DNA from: a virus
Taxonomy: Duplodnaviria > Caudoviricetes
Strand: one strand, 5' to 3'
DNA length: 25,480 bases
Virus record (IMG/VR): IMGVR_UViG_3300025168_000599
Coordinates: 1 to 25,480 of that record
The notes beneath the pieces are model-generated. The model was given only the letters and a program-made list of their open reading frames with translations. It searched no databases and was not told the DNA's origin. Within the stretch, counting starts at the first letter, position 1. Every line of letters starts with the position of its first letter. Made by a program: the position numbers and the translations under genes. Positions 15,636 through 25,095 of this stretch are shown one piece after another.

Positions 15636-16064
15636 TTACTTCTCCTTTTGTTTTTGTATATGATTTTCTAAATAATTTTTAGCTTTTGTTACTCTATCAA
15701 TATTATCTTTAAAAGCACCAAGTCCTGTATTACAATTAAAACATAACCATGCTCTAAATGTTTCTGTCTCATGGCAGTGATCTAGTACCCAAGACTGTAA
15801 CATTTTCTGTCCTGTTCTACTTACCTCTTTAATATTTCTATTACAGATAGGACAGCAATAGTTTTTGTCAGGATATGGATGCAAAGACTTGAGATGTTTG
15901 ACAAGTCCTGATTGATTTCTAGCACAGGTTCTACACTTTCTTTTTATTTCTCCTGCCAACATTTGTTGAAAGTTATCAATAGGCTGAACTACACCACAGT
16001 TGTTACACTCTATGCCGCCCTCGTAAGGTTGGGGACTTAGTGCTTCAAACAACTCAAGTTGCAT
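15636..16064 (-). CDS. Endonuclease VII-like (His-Me finger) nuclease with N-terminal Zn ribbon
   Basis: CNNC...CRTC, CPIC and LDHCH.T..FRAWLCFNCNTGLG.FKDN. Confidence 0.85.
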   Translation of the reverse strand: MQLELFEALSPQPYEGGIECNNCGVVQPIDNFQQMLAGEIKRKCRTCARNQSGLVKHLKSLHPYPDKNYCCPICNRNIKEVSRTGQKMLQSWVLDHCHETETFRAWLCFNCNTGLGAFKDNIDRVTKAKNYLENHIQKQKEK

Positions 16065-17974
16065 TAAGTAATATCAACCATCTCACATACATCACCACTA
16101 CACGCCATTGTCTGCATCCCGCTAGTATTATCTTCTTGTTCATACCCTGCTAACTTTGTCCAGTCAATAGACAATGGTGATGCATCAATCATATTATAGT
16201 AATCTTCTTTGTCACACTCTTGGTATGGTGCTTGCTGATAGGTGTGTTCATTGTATGGCAAGAAGGATACACCTGACATTTCATCAAAGTGTTTATACAC
16301 AAACGCCCCAACATCAAACCACTCGTCAGCTTTGACATTGATTGTAACACTAGGCTTATGCTCACACCAATGACGTTGATACATCAGCCACATCTCAAGC
16401 TGCTCTAATGCAGTCATGTCGGCAGTGCATGTAGCACCTTGTGGTGCTTGCATAGGAAAGCTGAACACAGTAGTAGCATCAGGCTTCATTACGTCAGGCT
16501 CATTGGGTATACCCTGATCCATCATAAACTTAGTCAATGGGTCTTTGTTATCTCCACGCACAGTACGGATATAATAGGGACTGTGACGAGCATGAATACC
16601 AGAAGATGAATCAACCAGTTGGGAAACTGTTCCGCTGGGCTTGACACAAGTAATAGCAGTGCTGTGATTGATATCAAGACGGTCAGCCCACTCAGCGTTA
16701 GTAGAAACAGCCACATTTTTAAGATACTCCAATGTTTCGGACAACCCTTTATTCTCTAAGGTCATCAGCTTATTGTCCATTATCCCTGTGAGTGACACAC
16801 CGAGCAAACGTTCCGCTGATGTATTGGTGTGCCACACCTTTCGCAAATATGGGAAGTGAGTGTAGGTTGACTGAATGGTTCCAAGTATAGTTGCAATACG
16901 GGTTTTTCTTGCAAGATCTTCCAAACTGTCGTTAGCACGGATGACAACTTCCGTAAGATTACAAAACTGATTCGGCCTAAGTATGATTTCCGAACACGGA
17001 TTTGTTCCGAACTCGTAACAAGACTCTCTCCTGCCATTCTTTTCAGCTTGTTTAACTGATGCTTCTCTGTTGAAGATACCTCTTTCACCACTACCACTCT
17101 CCATTAAGGCTGTCCACTCACGCATGAACGCCATGCTATCTGGTTTCTCTGTATAAGAGACAGAGTTATTAGCTAAAGCTCTATGACTTGCATTCTCCCA
17201 CCAGTTACCAGACTTAGCGTGACGCATACGATCATCAGACAAATTGGATAAGCTGATCATAGCACTACGTCTAACACCACCTACTACCACTACCTCGCCT
17301 ATCTTACACATAAGATCATGGCACTCAATACTAGAAAGCTTGCGCCCTTGTGCTTGTTTAAATATAGTAATAGCAAAGTTAAACAGATCAATCAATGGTG
17401 ATGGACCTGATGCTCTACCACCGAATGTCTTTAGTCTAGCACCGGCTGGTCGGACTTTAGATATATCCCACTTAGGGATTTCACCTGCCCATAGGAGTGC
17501 CAAAACTTGTCTGAGTCCTTTCGCCCACCCTTCTTTACTGTCCTTGATAACGACAGTCGTATCGCTTTGGAAAAGGTCAGGAACATCTGGGAGATTAGTA
17601 ATGAACTGACGCTCAACACTGAAACCAACCCCCGTCCCGCAAAGGAGGATGAACATAGCCTCATCAAAAGACTTAAGATCATCTACGGGTAGGTAGCTAC
17701 AGTTATACATACAAGTATTGTCACGTGAAGAAGCTTTACCTGCTGTCATCATTGACCTCATGCTAGGCATTACCTCAAGGCCTAGTATAGCATCACGTAT
17801 TTCGTCTGTTATAAATGGATCTTCACCATCAATTAAGGGGGATACAATATTGTTCATGTATCTTTCTACTGTCTCACCCCAAGTCTCACGACGACCTTTA
17901 TCCTCAAGCCATCTAGCATATCTACTGGTGGCAATAAAGGTTTGATAGTCAGTAGGTAAGTAGTTACTTTTCAT
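16064..17974 (-). CDS. nrdJ: Adenosylcobalamin-dependent (class II) ribonucleotide reductase
   Basis: SRYARW...RRETW, PSMR, NCSY, GTGVGFSVE, GGVRRSA, TNPCSEI, CNLTE, TCVKPSGTVSQL, WCEHKPS and C-terminal CSGDVC. No NrdB gene nearby. Confidence 0.95.
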   Translation of the reverse strand: MKSNYLPTDYQTFIATSRYARWLEDKGRRETWGETVERYMNNIVSPLIDGEDPFITDEIRDAILGLEVMPSMRSMMTAGKASSRDNTCMYNCSYLPVDDLKSFDEAMFILLCGTGVGFSVERQFITNLPDVPDLFQSDTTVVIKDSKEGWAKGLRQVLALLWAGEIPKWDISKVRPAGARLKTFGGRASGPSPLIDLFNFAITIFKQAQGRKLSSIECHDLMCKIGEVVVVGGVRRSAMISLSNLSDDRMRHAKSGNWWENASHRALANNSVSYTEKPDSMAFMREWTALMESGSGERGIFNREASVKQAEKNGRRESCYEFGTNPCSEIILRPNQFCNLTEVVIRANDSLEDLARKTRIATILGTIQSTYTHFPYLRKVWHTNTSAERLLGVSLTGIMDNKLMTLENKGLSETLEYLKNVAVSTNAEWADRLDINHSTAITCVKPSGTVSQLVDSSSGIHARHSPYYIRTVRGDNKDPLTKFMMDQGIPNEPDVMKPDATTVFSFPMQAPQGATCTADMTALEQLEMWLMYQRHWCEHKPSVTINVKADEWFDVGAFVYKHFDEMSGVSFLPYNEHTYQQAPYQECDKEDYYNMIDASPLSIDWTKLAGYEQEDNTSGMQTMACSGDVCEMVDIT

Positions 17975-18165
17975 CTTTCGTTTCCCATAATAAATAATTC
18001 TTTTCTACCTTTTTCGCCTATGTGGGCTTCAAGTATAGTCTTAGCCCTTTCAAGCATAGCACAGGCAAAAAGTAAAGTCTCTTCTTTACTATCACACATA
18101 AGTATTTGTTGTTCAATAGGTTTCATTAATTGAGCAGCACGACTTGCAGTATCTCTATCGTTCAT
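17971..18165 (-). CDS. Hypothetical protein
   Basis: Likely start at MNDRDTAS (18165), overlapping the mazG end. ATGA overlap with nrdJ. Confidence 0.55.
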   Translation of the reverse strand: MNDRDTASRAAQLMKPIEQQILMCDSKEETLLFACAMLERAKTILEAHIGEKGRKELFIMGNER

Positions 18166-18490
18166 CTCCACTGCCTTTGATTGTACCTCTAGCTTCACGT
18201 CCGTCAAGCTTCATCATGTTCTGTGTAATAACAGAAGCAAGATTAAAATTGTAGTAGTTAGCTAGGGCAGTAGTATAAAATAACACATCACCTAGTTCAC
18301 TTATGATAGACTCAGGAGAGACTTTTTTATTATCACGTATACGTTTTTTAATCTTACCTGCAACTTCTCCTGCTTCTTCACACAAACCAAGAACGTTTTC
18401 ATTGAGCCTATCTTGTGGCTCAGTTACTATCTTTCTTTCTACCCACTCGCTGTAGCTTTGAAAAGCTTTCATTCCCTCTGCACTAATCAT
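18155..18490 (-). CDS. mazG: MazG-like nucleotide pyrophosphohydrolase
   Basis: LGLCEEAGEVAGKIKK and ELGDVLFY motifs, followed by N..KL..R..RGTIKGSGD.R. Confidence 0.88.
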   Translation of the reverse strand: MISAEGMKAFQSYSEWVERKIVTEPQDRLNENVLGLCEEAGEVAGKIKKRIRDNKKVSPESIISELGDVLFYTTALANYYNFNLASVITQNMMKLDGREARGTIKGSGDER

Positions 18491-18683
18491 TAGTTTTATC
18501 CTTTTTTAAAGAAGTTTTTAATTTGTTTGAAAGTATTTCGGATACTACGTTAAGACTTGTTACTTGATAACTTAAATTAGAGGATAGTTTTTTATTGTAG
18601 AGTATCTCATTAAGAATTTTCTTTTGACTTTCAGAAAAATTTTCTGACTCATATTCTACATCGTCTAGTGTTACTTTAGTCAC
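18483..18683 (-). CDS. Hypothetical protein (DUF6447-like)
   Basis: VTLDDVEY....FSE.QK..L pattern followed by a coiled coil. Overlaps its neighbours. Confidence 0.5.
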   Translation of the reverse strand: MTKVTLDDVEYESENFSESQKKILNEILYNKKLSSNLSYQVTSLNVVSEILSNKLKTSLKKDKTND

Positions 18684-18840
18684 GTCTTGTTACCTCTATT
18701 TTTGCTATACTTAGATCGTCTATTTCATACAGAATATCCTGTATTAATTCTAGAACTACCCTAGAACTTTCTATATCATCCACCTCTAAATAATTACAAG
18801 ATGGGTCTATTTTTATGTTTAAAATAATTTCATATTCCAT
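18676..18840 (-). CDS. Hypothetical acidic protein
   Basis: Start placed at ATG 18840 because the ORF-track ATG (18867) lies inside the putative promoter spacer. Confidence 0.5.
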   Translation of the reverse strand: MEYEIILNIKIDPSCNYLEVDDIESSRVVLELIQDILYEIDDLSIAKIEVTRRD

Positions 18841-18855
18841 GTCCTGAAACCCGTA

Positions 18856-18883
18856 GTTATACCACATAAATGAAATAAGTCAA
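18856..18883 (-). promoter_or_regulatory. Putative sigma70-type promoter TTGACT-N16-TATAAC with TGn extended -10
   Basis: The minus strand reads TTGACT tatttcatttatgtgg TATAAC, in the longest intergenic gap of the - arm (once the 55-aa ORF at 14988-15155 is counted). Confidence 0.65.
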
Positions 18884-18884
18884 G

Positions 18885-19124
18885 TTATGCTTTGCCATTA
18901 CCCTCAGAAAATATTTCCAAAGGTTCAATACTTGTTTTAAAATGTTGTATCCATGCATCTGCATCTTCAAGATGCTCAAACCAGTAGTCAACATCTACTA
19001 TTTTACCGTTAAGTTCTACCTTACAGACTAACATACAATTACAGTTATTAGGGTAGTCATCAGGGTCATCACTATCTTCTTTGGATATTGGACCTGACAC
19101 TATATCCCAAATTTTTATTGACAT
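18885..19124 (-). CDS. Hypothetical protein
   Basis: 79-aa ORF packed between the resolvase and the promoter. Confidence 0.55.
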   Translation of the reverse strand: MSIKIWDIVSGPISKEDSDDPDDYPNNCNCMLVCKVELNGKIVDVDYWFEHLEDADAWIQHFKTSIEPLEIFSEGNGKA

Positions 19125-19126
19125 AA

Positions 19127-19474
19127 TTATTCTTTCTTCCAGTTACGTAGGAGTTCAGTATAGTGATCCATACCTATCATGACAACCCAAGGCTTTCTAT
19201 CCGAGCGATAGAAAACTACAGGCTCTCCTTTGCCATGCTTAGATGCTTGTTCCATGTAACCATACACAGTTTTAAGGTCATTCTTTCTACGCTTGACCTC
19301 AATACTTATGGGTAGTTTCTTACGTGCAGCAGGAGATAACTGTATGTCTTCCCCTGTGTCACCCATAGTTGTGCTTTTAATATCATCAGGTTCAAACTCA
19401 GGGAAAGTTTTTAGTAACTTGTCTCTGACTTCTTGTTGACCTGTCCTACCTTTAGCTTTAGCTGCTCTGCTCAA
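19127..19474 (-). CDS. PD-(D/E)XK nuclease, Holliday junction resolvase-like
   Basis: KAKGR..Q..V, MG..GEDI.LS and SIEVK motifs. Follows the exonuclease. Confidence 0.75.
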   Translation of the reverse strand: MSRAAKAKGRTGQQEVRDKLLKTFPEFEPDDIKSTTMGDTGEDIQLSPAARKKLPISIEVKRRKNDLKTVYGYMEQASKHGKGEPVVFYRSDRKPWVVMIGMDHYTELLRNWKKE

Positions 19475-20147
19475 TAGGTGGCTCCCATATCTGGTCCACT
19501 TCTCTTCTCAACCAAAGTAATCTAGCGTTCTCAATGATGCGTTCAACGTCACCATCATATGCTTCTACACAGGCATCCCACAGAGATTGCTCAGTCTCAC
19601 AATCATTTAGAATCTTACCTGCTTTAACGGGGCCACAACGGTGCAGCCCCTTTATGTTATCAGCTTTGTCACCTGTAAGTATTTGAGTATAGAAAAACTT
19701 TGTACCTTCAAATTCACTTACAGCACTGAGTTCTCTTCTAGTAAGATTATAATGAAAGCACGGTATCTGTAACATATCCTTATCAATAGATGCAACTACT
19801 GCATTCATCTCTAGTTTTGTTGCAGCTATAGCAATTAGATCATCAGCTTCTTCGCCTTTGCTTACAATAGCTTCATACTTATCAGTAAGGTAGTCACGTA
19901 CATGCTTCAAGTGTACAGGTTTAGGGGCATCTTTACGGTTGCCCTTGTATTCAATTGTCTTAGCAATGTCAAAACGGTAGTTGCCTTTACCAGTAAGATA
20001 CACTTGATAATCTGTATAGATAAACTCAGTATCCTCAATGACGGTATCAATCAAGGCATCAACCTTATCTTCTGCATCCTTTGCCTCAAGGTCATTTGAG
20101 GAAAACCCTGCACGGTATGCAATAATATCACCGTCAATAAGAATCAT
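19458..20147 (-). CDS. 5'-3' exonuclease (T7 gp6 / FEN-like)
   Basis: IDGDII.YR, YKGNR..KP, EADD, SIDKD and GD.ADNIKG...G..KA motifs. Confidence 0.9.
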   Translation of the reverse strand: MILIDGDIIAYRAGFSSNDLEAKDAEDKVDALIDTVIEDTEFIYTDYQVYLTGKGNYRFDIAKTIEYKGNRKDAPKPVHLKHVRDYLTDKYEAIVSKGEEADDLIAIAATKLEMNAVVASIDKDMLQIPCFHYNLTRRELSAVSEFEGTKFFYTQILTGDKADNIKGLHRCGPVKAGKILNDCETEQSLWDACVEAYDGDVERIIENARLLWLRREVDQIWEPPIEQSS

Positions 20148-20656
20148 TAGAACATCACCGCATCTTCTTCTAGAGCAGGGGATTCAGTAGGTGGTGCAAC
20201 TGATTGTATATCATCATTAGGTGCTTGATACTCAACGTGTTTTAGTACCTTAACCTTGTCCAAACGTGTACCTACAATGCTCTTCATCTTTGTATCATAG
20301 ACTGATACAATAACTTCAACCAGTGAACCATTACCAATGCCACCTTCAGTGTCATAGTCCCACTCACTGTCATCAGCTTTGACAACTTGTGGTGGTCCAT
20401 CAGCCCAAGCGTATCCTGTGTTGTACTTGCGCACAAGACGCACCATAGTACCCCTACCCTCTGGGTCTTCTTTGCCACGCTTCATAGACTTGGAAGCTTT
20501 AAGTAGTGCCATGTTCTTATCATCCATAATTAGATCAAGAGTACAAGCACCATCACAACTTACATATGCTTCTTCAAAGCCTAGCATGTCACGGTTCTGA
20601 GTAAACACCTTCGCCCACTCAGCAATACCAGTTAATTTTAATCTACGTGTAGCCAT
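20147..20656 (-). CDS. Putative single-stranded DNA-binding protein
   Basis: Lies between the polymerase and exonuclease. IGNGS.V.V beta-rich segment and an acidic C-tail ending in Phe (EEDAVMF), like T7 gp2.5. GGAGG precedes ATG 20656. Confidence 0.65.
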   Translation of the reverse strand: MATRRLKLTGIAEWAKVFTQNRDMLGFEEAYVSCDGACTLDLIMDDKNMALLKASKSMKRGKEDPEGRGTMVRLVRKYNTGYAWADGPPQVVKADDSEWDYDTEGGIGNGSLVEVIVSVYDTKMKSIVGTRLDKVKVLKHVEYQAPNDDIQSVAPPTESPALEEDAVMF

Positions 20657-20671
20657 TTGGCCCTCCATTTA

Positions 20672-22510
20672 TTAGTGAATATCACTATAGCGGAGACCAT
20701 ACTGCACATCTATTCCTAAGTCAACATTTAATTTAAGTTCTTCATTAAGTTTTTTTATAGCCCACAGTAATGCATCAGTGTGTGTCTGCTCGTCACCCTT
20801 CTTAACTAAGTTAATACTTTCATCATGGAATTGTCCAATGATGTTGCCTCTCTTAGTACGGTACATTGCAACCCACTTGTCAAAGCAGTAAGCTCCTGTA
20901 CTTTGATTGATTGTAGAGAAGGCATCTTTCTCATAGCGTAGATTGTGCCAGAACTTACTCACTGGATTCTGTACCCACATCTCACCATCAATCTTTCTGA
21001 TCTTCTGATCCTCAGCAAACTTTTTGACAGCCCAGTTACGCTCCCAATATGCATCAAGCAAAGATGATGCCTCACCTACAGACATGCCTGTCTCACGTGA
21101 TAGCTTTGCTGCACCTACCCCATAGGTAGCTGAGTAGTTGACCACCTTGTAATTCTTACGCAAAGACTTAAGGCTAGACTCACCTGAGTTGTGCTTGTCT
21201 ATCTGATCCTGAGTAACAGCACCAGCATGTTTAGCAAGGTCAAGGTGTGGATCAAAGCCTTCCTTAGACATTTCTTCTACGTAGTCAGGGTCATACGGCT
21301 TCATGTAGTGTCGCTTAGTGGTATCCTCAAGGGAAGTCATATCAGCACCACACAATGTGTAACCCTCTGGTGCAATCAAGCAACCACGTATCTCTCTACC
21401 CCAAGGCTTATCAACACCGGGCAGATTAACCAAAGGTTTTACATGCTTGAAGCGTAAGGTGTTAGTCAAACCCTTGACCCCAGCTTTAAGATAACCATTC
21501 TCCTGACACTGTATGAAACCATGAAGAATGCCTAGCCTATGTTGTATGACAGTTAGACCATCAAGTACATTCACTGCTGGGTTATCTTCAATGAGTAACT
21601 CTACAGACCTAGTAAGCTCACCGTTCTTACGGACTTGGGGTATCTTCTTCTCTTCCCCTGTCTCTTTGTTCTTATCAAACTTATAAGTGCAAGGCTCCCA
21701 GCCTAGACTAAAGAGCCAATCCTTAACCTGCTCAGGAGAGTTAGGGTTAGAATCCTCAACGCCCCTCACTACAGTTACATCACCCTCATAGTCTTTGGGT
21801 AATCCATGTTGTGACAATAGATTGTACCAACGCTGACCATGAGCAGACACAGAGCCATCCTTCTTGACGCACACCTTGGGCTTAGTCTTGACAGACATAA
21901 CCTTACGCATAGGCATGACCTCACGTAGCTCCTTAACCTTGTGGTCTTGTTGCTCTTTTAGTTTCTCAATGCTGGACTCAGCAAGATCAACGTCAAGCTT
22001 CCACCCCACGTGTTCTGCAACATACGCACAGTTCATCTTGAACGACAGATAACCAAAGAACTTGTCAAGGTTTTTCTTATCCTTGTACACAAACAGAAAA
22101 CGCTTTAGAAGATTACGCCATAGTTTCCAGTTGATCTTAACATCCTCTTCACAACGATGGATGTATACTTCTACTGGTTGCTCAGACCAATCAGTGATAA
22201 CAGGTTTGGGTATCCCAAAGTCTTCACCGAATCCTTCAAGCCCATGCTTACCCCTGTCATAGTTCATCACCCATGACATAGGAAGGGTGTCAAACAGACG
22301 TGCTTTGATCTTGATACCAAGGATACGTTCAAGCACAGGTATATCATAACGTACAATGTTGTGACCTACTAAGCCCCTCTCATTCAGTACTAACTGTCTC
22401 ATGTCTTCATAGTCAGTGATAGATTTATATTCATAACCATCTCTGGTGTAGGAAAGGCAGTGTATCTTTGAAGGGTTAAGACCGTCAGTCTCAATATCAA
22501 ATACAATCAT
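20672..22510 (-). CDS. polA: Family A DNA polymerase with 3'-5' exonuclease domain
   Basis: Exo motifs FDIETDG, GHNIVRYD and C..DV. Pol motif A GADMTSLE, motif B RKNYKVVNYSATYG and motif C QFHDE. Confidence 0.93.
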   Translation of the reverse strand: MIVFDIETDGLNPSKIHCLSYTRDGYEYKSITDYEDMRQLVLNERGLVGHNIVRYDIPVLERILGIKIKARLFDTLPMSWVMNYDRGKHGLEGFGEDFGIPKPVITDWSEQPVEVYIHRCEEDVKINWKLWRNLLKRFLFVYKDKKNLDKFFGYLSFKMNCAYVAEHVGWKLDVDLAESSIEKLKEQQDHKVKELREVMPMRKVMSVKTKPKVCVKKDGSVSAHGQRWYNLLSQHGLPKDYEGDVTVVRGVEDSNPNSPEQVKDWLFSLGWEPCTYKFDKNKETGEEKKIPQVRKNGELTRSVELLIEDNPAVNVLDGLTVIQHRLGILHGFIQCQENGYLKAGVKGLTNTLRFKHVKPLVNLPGVDKPWGREIRGCLIAPEGYTLCGADMTSLEDTTKRHYMKPYDPDYVEEMSKEGFDPHLDLAKHAGAVTQDQIDKHNSGESSLKSLRKNYKVVNYSATYGVGAAKLSRETGMSVGEASSLLDAYWERNWAVKKFAEDQKIRKIDGEMWVQNPVSKFWHNLRYEKDAFSTINQSTGAYCFDKWVAMYRTKRGNIIGQFHDESINLVKKGDEQTHTDALLWAIKKLNEELKLNVDLGIDVQYGLRYSDIH

Positions 22511-24111
22511 GCTGCCATATCACTCCTTTCAACATAAGACTCTTCACTTAGTATTGTAGTGTCAGGGTCATAATAAACTGACCCAGCGTTGCCTAACTTA
22601 GCAAAGGGTCTGTTCTTGTCAATGATAAAGTTGGTAGTGTTCTGCAAAACTTCGTCATCAGTCTCAACATCACGCTCAATCTTGATGCATATGATTGCTT
22701 CTTCCTCAAGAGAGGCGGCATACTTAGTGCGTCCATCATCATTAACCTGAGAGATAAAGATCACACCAATGTTCAGCTCCTTGGCAAGTTGTGCTGCACG
22801 TGAGCCTAGTGTGGTGAGTGTACTTGTAGCACCATCAACACCTGAGTTGGATAGGTATGCAAGACGTTGCACATGATCAATGAAGATGTACCCTGCACCA
22901 TACACACTAGCTGCTAGACGTATGTATTGCAAAAGCTTTAGCGGATCATCATGTGACCTCATCTCAAAGACAATGGTGCGCTCACCTTTAGTGGCTGTCT
23001 TTGCTGCCTCTATCACTCTTTCCTCAGAGATATTATTCTCCCTAGCATCATCCTTGGTACGGACATTGCAACCTAACTCATAGGTAGCCATAGAACGGTA
23101 AGTTGTAGACTTCATCTCTTCCATGTGTAGTAGGGCAATGCGTACATCAGGTGTTTTTAATAAGCCTGTCTCAAAGTAACGTATCACCTCAGTCTTACCA
23201 GTACCACGTGGTGCTTTGATAAACGTGATGCCACCCTTAACTAGACCACGCAGCTTGTCATCAAGACCCACGTGACCAGTAGGCACATACTCATAGGGGT
23301 TCTCATTGCGTATAGCTGCCTCTACTTCCTCGTCAGAGCAGAAGAAGTTATCAGGTGAATACCTTTGTGGTTTAAGTGCAGCCCATTTAAGATCATCACT
23401 GTCACCGTTCATCAGGAAGTCATTAGCATCCTTGTGCTTGGACATAGGGACGTACCAAAACTTATCAGCTAATGCTTCATACAGTTTGTCTGCTGCACGT
23501 CTACCTGCATCGTCAAGCTCACCTGCATATACAACTTCCTTGAAGGAGTTGAGGTAGGTGTGGTTAGCCTTGATAAACTTCTCGCCTATTGAGGCGCTGG
23601 GCAAGGACTTTACTGGATATTTCTCACCTAGTATTTGATACAAAGATGCTGCATCAAACTCTCCCTCAGTGATATATATGCGTGTGGATGATCCTGTGTT
23701 AAAATCTGGGCCAAACAAATGGTTCATGCCCATGCCTCTGTCTTTCATCCAAGACTTAGACTTGTCGTTGTAGTCACGGTACTTGACCGTATGCGGGTAC
23801 TTGTAAGCATATCTTACAGGTTTATTGTCTTCACCTAGTTGAACTTGAATACCATATACCTGACAGATATCAGGTTTCAATCCTCTTATGTCGTTAAAGG
23901 TGCTACTCTTAACGGGTATGTCCATAATACTTATCCTCTGTTTCAAAGGGTATGTACCAGCAACCCAATCAAATGTCAACATACTCTTCTTAGATGGGTA
24001 GGACTCACCACAGCTATGACAGAAACCATAACCGTCATCATTCCAGTTGAATGCATCGGATGAACCACAGTCCTCAAAGGGACAAGCTAGGTGTGGGTTA
24101 TCACCCATCAA
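22507..24111 (-). CDS. T7 gp4-like DNA primase-helicase
   Basis: Zn finger CPFEDCGSSD...CHSC, TOPRIM ITEGEFDA and KDAND, Walker A APRGTGKT, IFIDH, ISQ and KNR. Confidence 0.92.
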   Translation of the reverse strand: MMGDNPHLACPFEDCGSSDAFNWNDDGYGFCHSCGESYPSKKSMLTFDWVAGTYPLKQRISIMDIPVKSSTFNDIRGLKPDICQVYGIQVQLGEDNKPVRYAYKYPHTVKYRDYNDKSKSWMKDRGMGMNHLFGPDFNTGSSTRIYITEGEFDAASLYQILGEKYPVKSLPSASIGEKFIKANHTYLNSFKEVVYAGELDDAGRRAADKLYEALADKFWYVPMSKHKDANDFLMNGDSDDLKWAALKPQRYSPDNFFCSDEEVEAAIRNENPYEYVPTGHVGLDDKLRGLVKGGITFIKAPRGTGKTEVIRYFETGLLKTPDVRIALLHMEEMKSTTYRSMATYELGCNVRTKDDARENNISEERVIEAAKTATKGERTIVFEMRSHDDPLKLLQYIRLAASVYGAGYIFIDHVQRLAYLSNSGVDGATSTLTTLGSRAAQLAKELNIGVIFISQVNDDGRTKYAASLEEEAIICIKIERDVETDDEVLQNTTNFIIDKNRPFAKLGNAGSVYYDPDTTILSEESYVERSDMAA

Positions 24112-24778
24112 CTAAAGCCCCCCATGATATAGGAAATAAATCTCTCATGCCCTGAGACACACACTGTGCTGCCTGTGAAGTTTCAAATTGCGTATCCTCT
24201 TTGCATCTTAGATTGCACATATCAGCAAAGGCATCAAGACTACCTGACCAATACCATTCAGTGATTGTGTTCTGTGGTAGTACTATACGTGCTTGTTCCT
24301 CACACACCCCATCAGAGAGTAAGTTTTGATACAGTATTAAGCACTGAGCAACATGCCTAGTCACATTTTGTATAGACATATTGCCTACAGCATCCTCTAC
24401 TCTACCACCTGATCCTTGCTTCTTATCATCAGATGATTGACGATAATGATCAGGATAGTAGAACTCAGGGTCAGTCTTAACATACCTACGACTAATCTCA
24501 TTCCACCGTAGGAACTTGTGCTTGACTAACTGTCTAGCCACAAAGATAGGCGCCTTAACATGGAAGGATGCAAAGGCATGACCGAATGGTGACATATGCT
24601 TATGCTTGGCTAAGTACTTGATCAACCTCTTGTCTGTATCATGTAGGATAGGTGTCATACGGTCCCCTTCAACACCACTCCAACCTAATTCCTTACTATT
24701 TTTACCGAAGGATACACGTGCTGCATTAACTACAGACAAGTCACTACCCATGTGGTCTATGTATGTTACTTCAATCAT
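24101..24778 (-). CDS. thyX: FAD-dependent thymidylate synthase
   Basis: VVNAARVSF, H.SPF.H, APIFVARQLVKH...NEISRRYV, EQAR.VLP and LR....TQ.E motifs. Confidence 0.93.
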   Translation of the reverse strand: MIEVTYIDHMGSDLSVVNAARVSFGKNSKELGWSGVEGDRMTPILHDTDKRLIKYLAKHKHMSPFGHAFASFHVKAPIFVARQLVKHKFLRWNEISRRYVKTDPEFYYPDHYRQSSDDKKQGSGGRVEDAVGNMSIQNVTRHVAQCLILYQNLLSDGVCEEQARIVLPQNTITEWYWSGSLDAFADMCNLRCKEDTQFETSQAAQCVSQGMRDLFPISWGALVDG

Positions 24779-25095
24779 CAGTCATGCTCTCCGTTGTTAC
24801 GTCTACCATTATATCCGTCAATTCTCCTAGCGAAATCAGACAACATCTTTGGGTTTCTGTTAGCAGTATCAAACGTACCAACGGTGATAGCTATTGCAGC
24901 TAATAGTAACACGTGAGCTATTGCTGTTAGACCAAACACAACATAGCTACCCAAGAAGATACTAAACACAATGCACCACATCCATGCTAGTATCTGCAGG
25001 ATTAAGTGACGAGCATTATTGTCATGTATATTCTTTAATGGACTTCTATCTGAGTCCATGATCAGTGTCCACGTTTCGTATATGTGCTGTCTCAT
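24778..25095 (-). CDS. Hypothetical membrane protein (two TM segments)
   Basis: ILQILAWMWCIVFSIFLG and VVFGLTAIAHVLLLAAIAITV. Coupled by ATGA and TGATG overlaps. Confidence 0.65.
   Translation of the reverse strand: MRQHIYETWTLIMDSDRSPLKNIHDNNARHLILQILAWMWCIVFSIFLGSYVVFGLTAIAHVLLLAAIAITVGTFDTANRNPKMLSDFARRIDGYNGRRNNGEHD

Noticed and set aside
15152-24778. Modified-base (e.g. Z-genome or 7-deazaguanine) pathway suggested by MazG and the unusual polymerase
   Set aside because: No PurZ, DatZ, Que/Dpd or glycosyltransferase genes are in the window, and MazG alone is common in marine phages.
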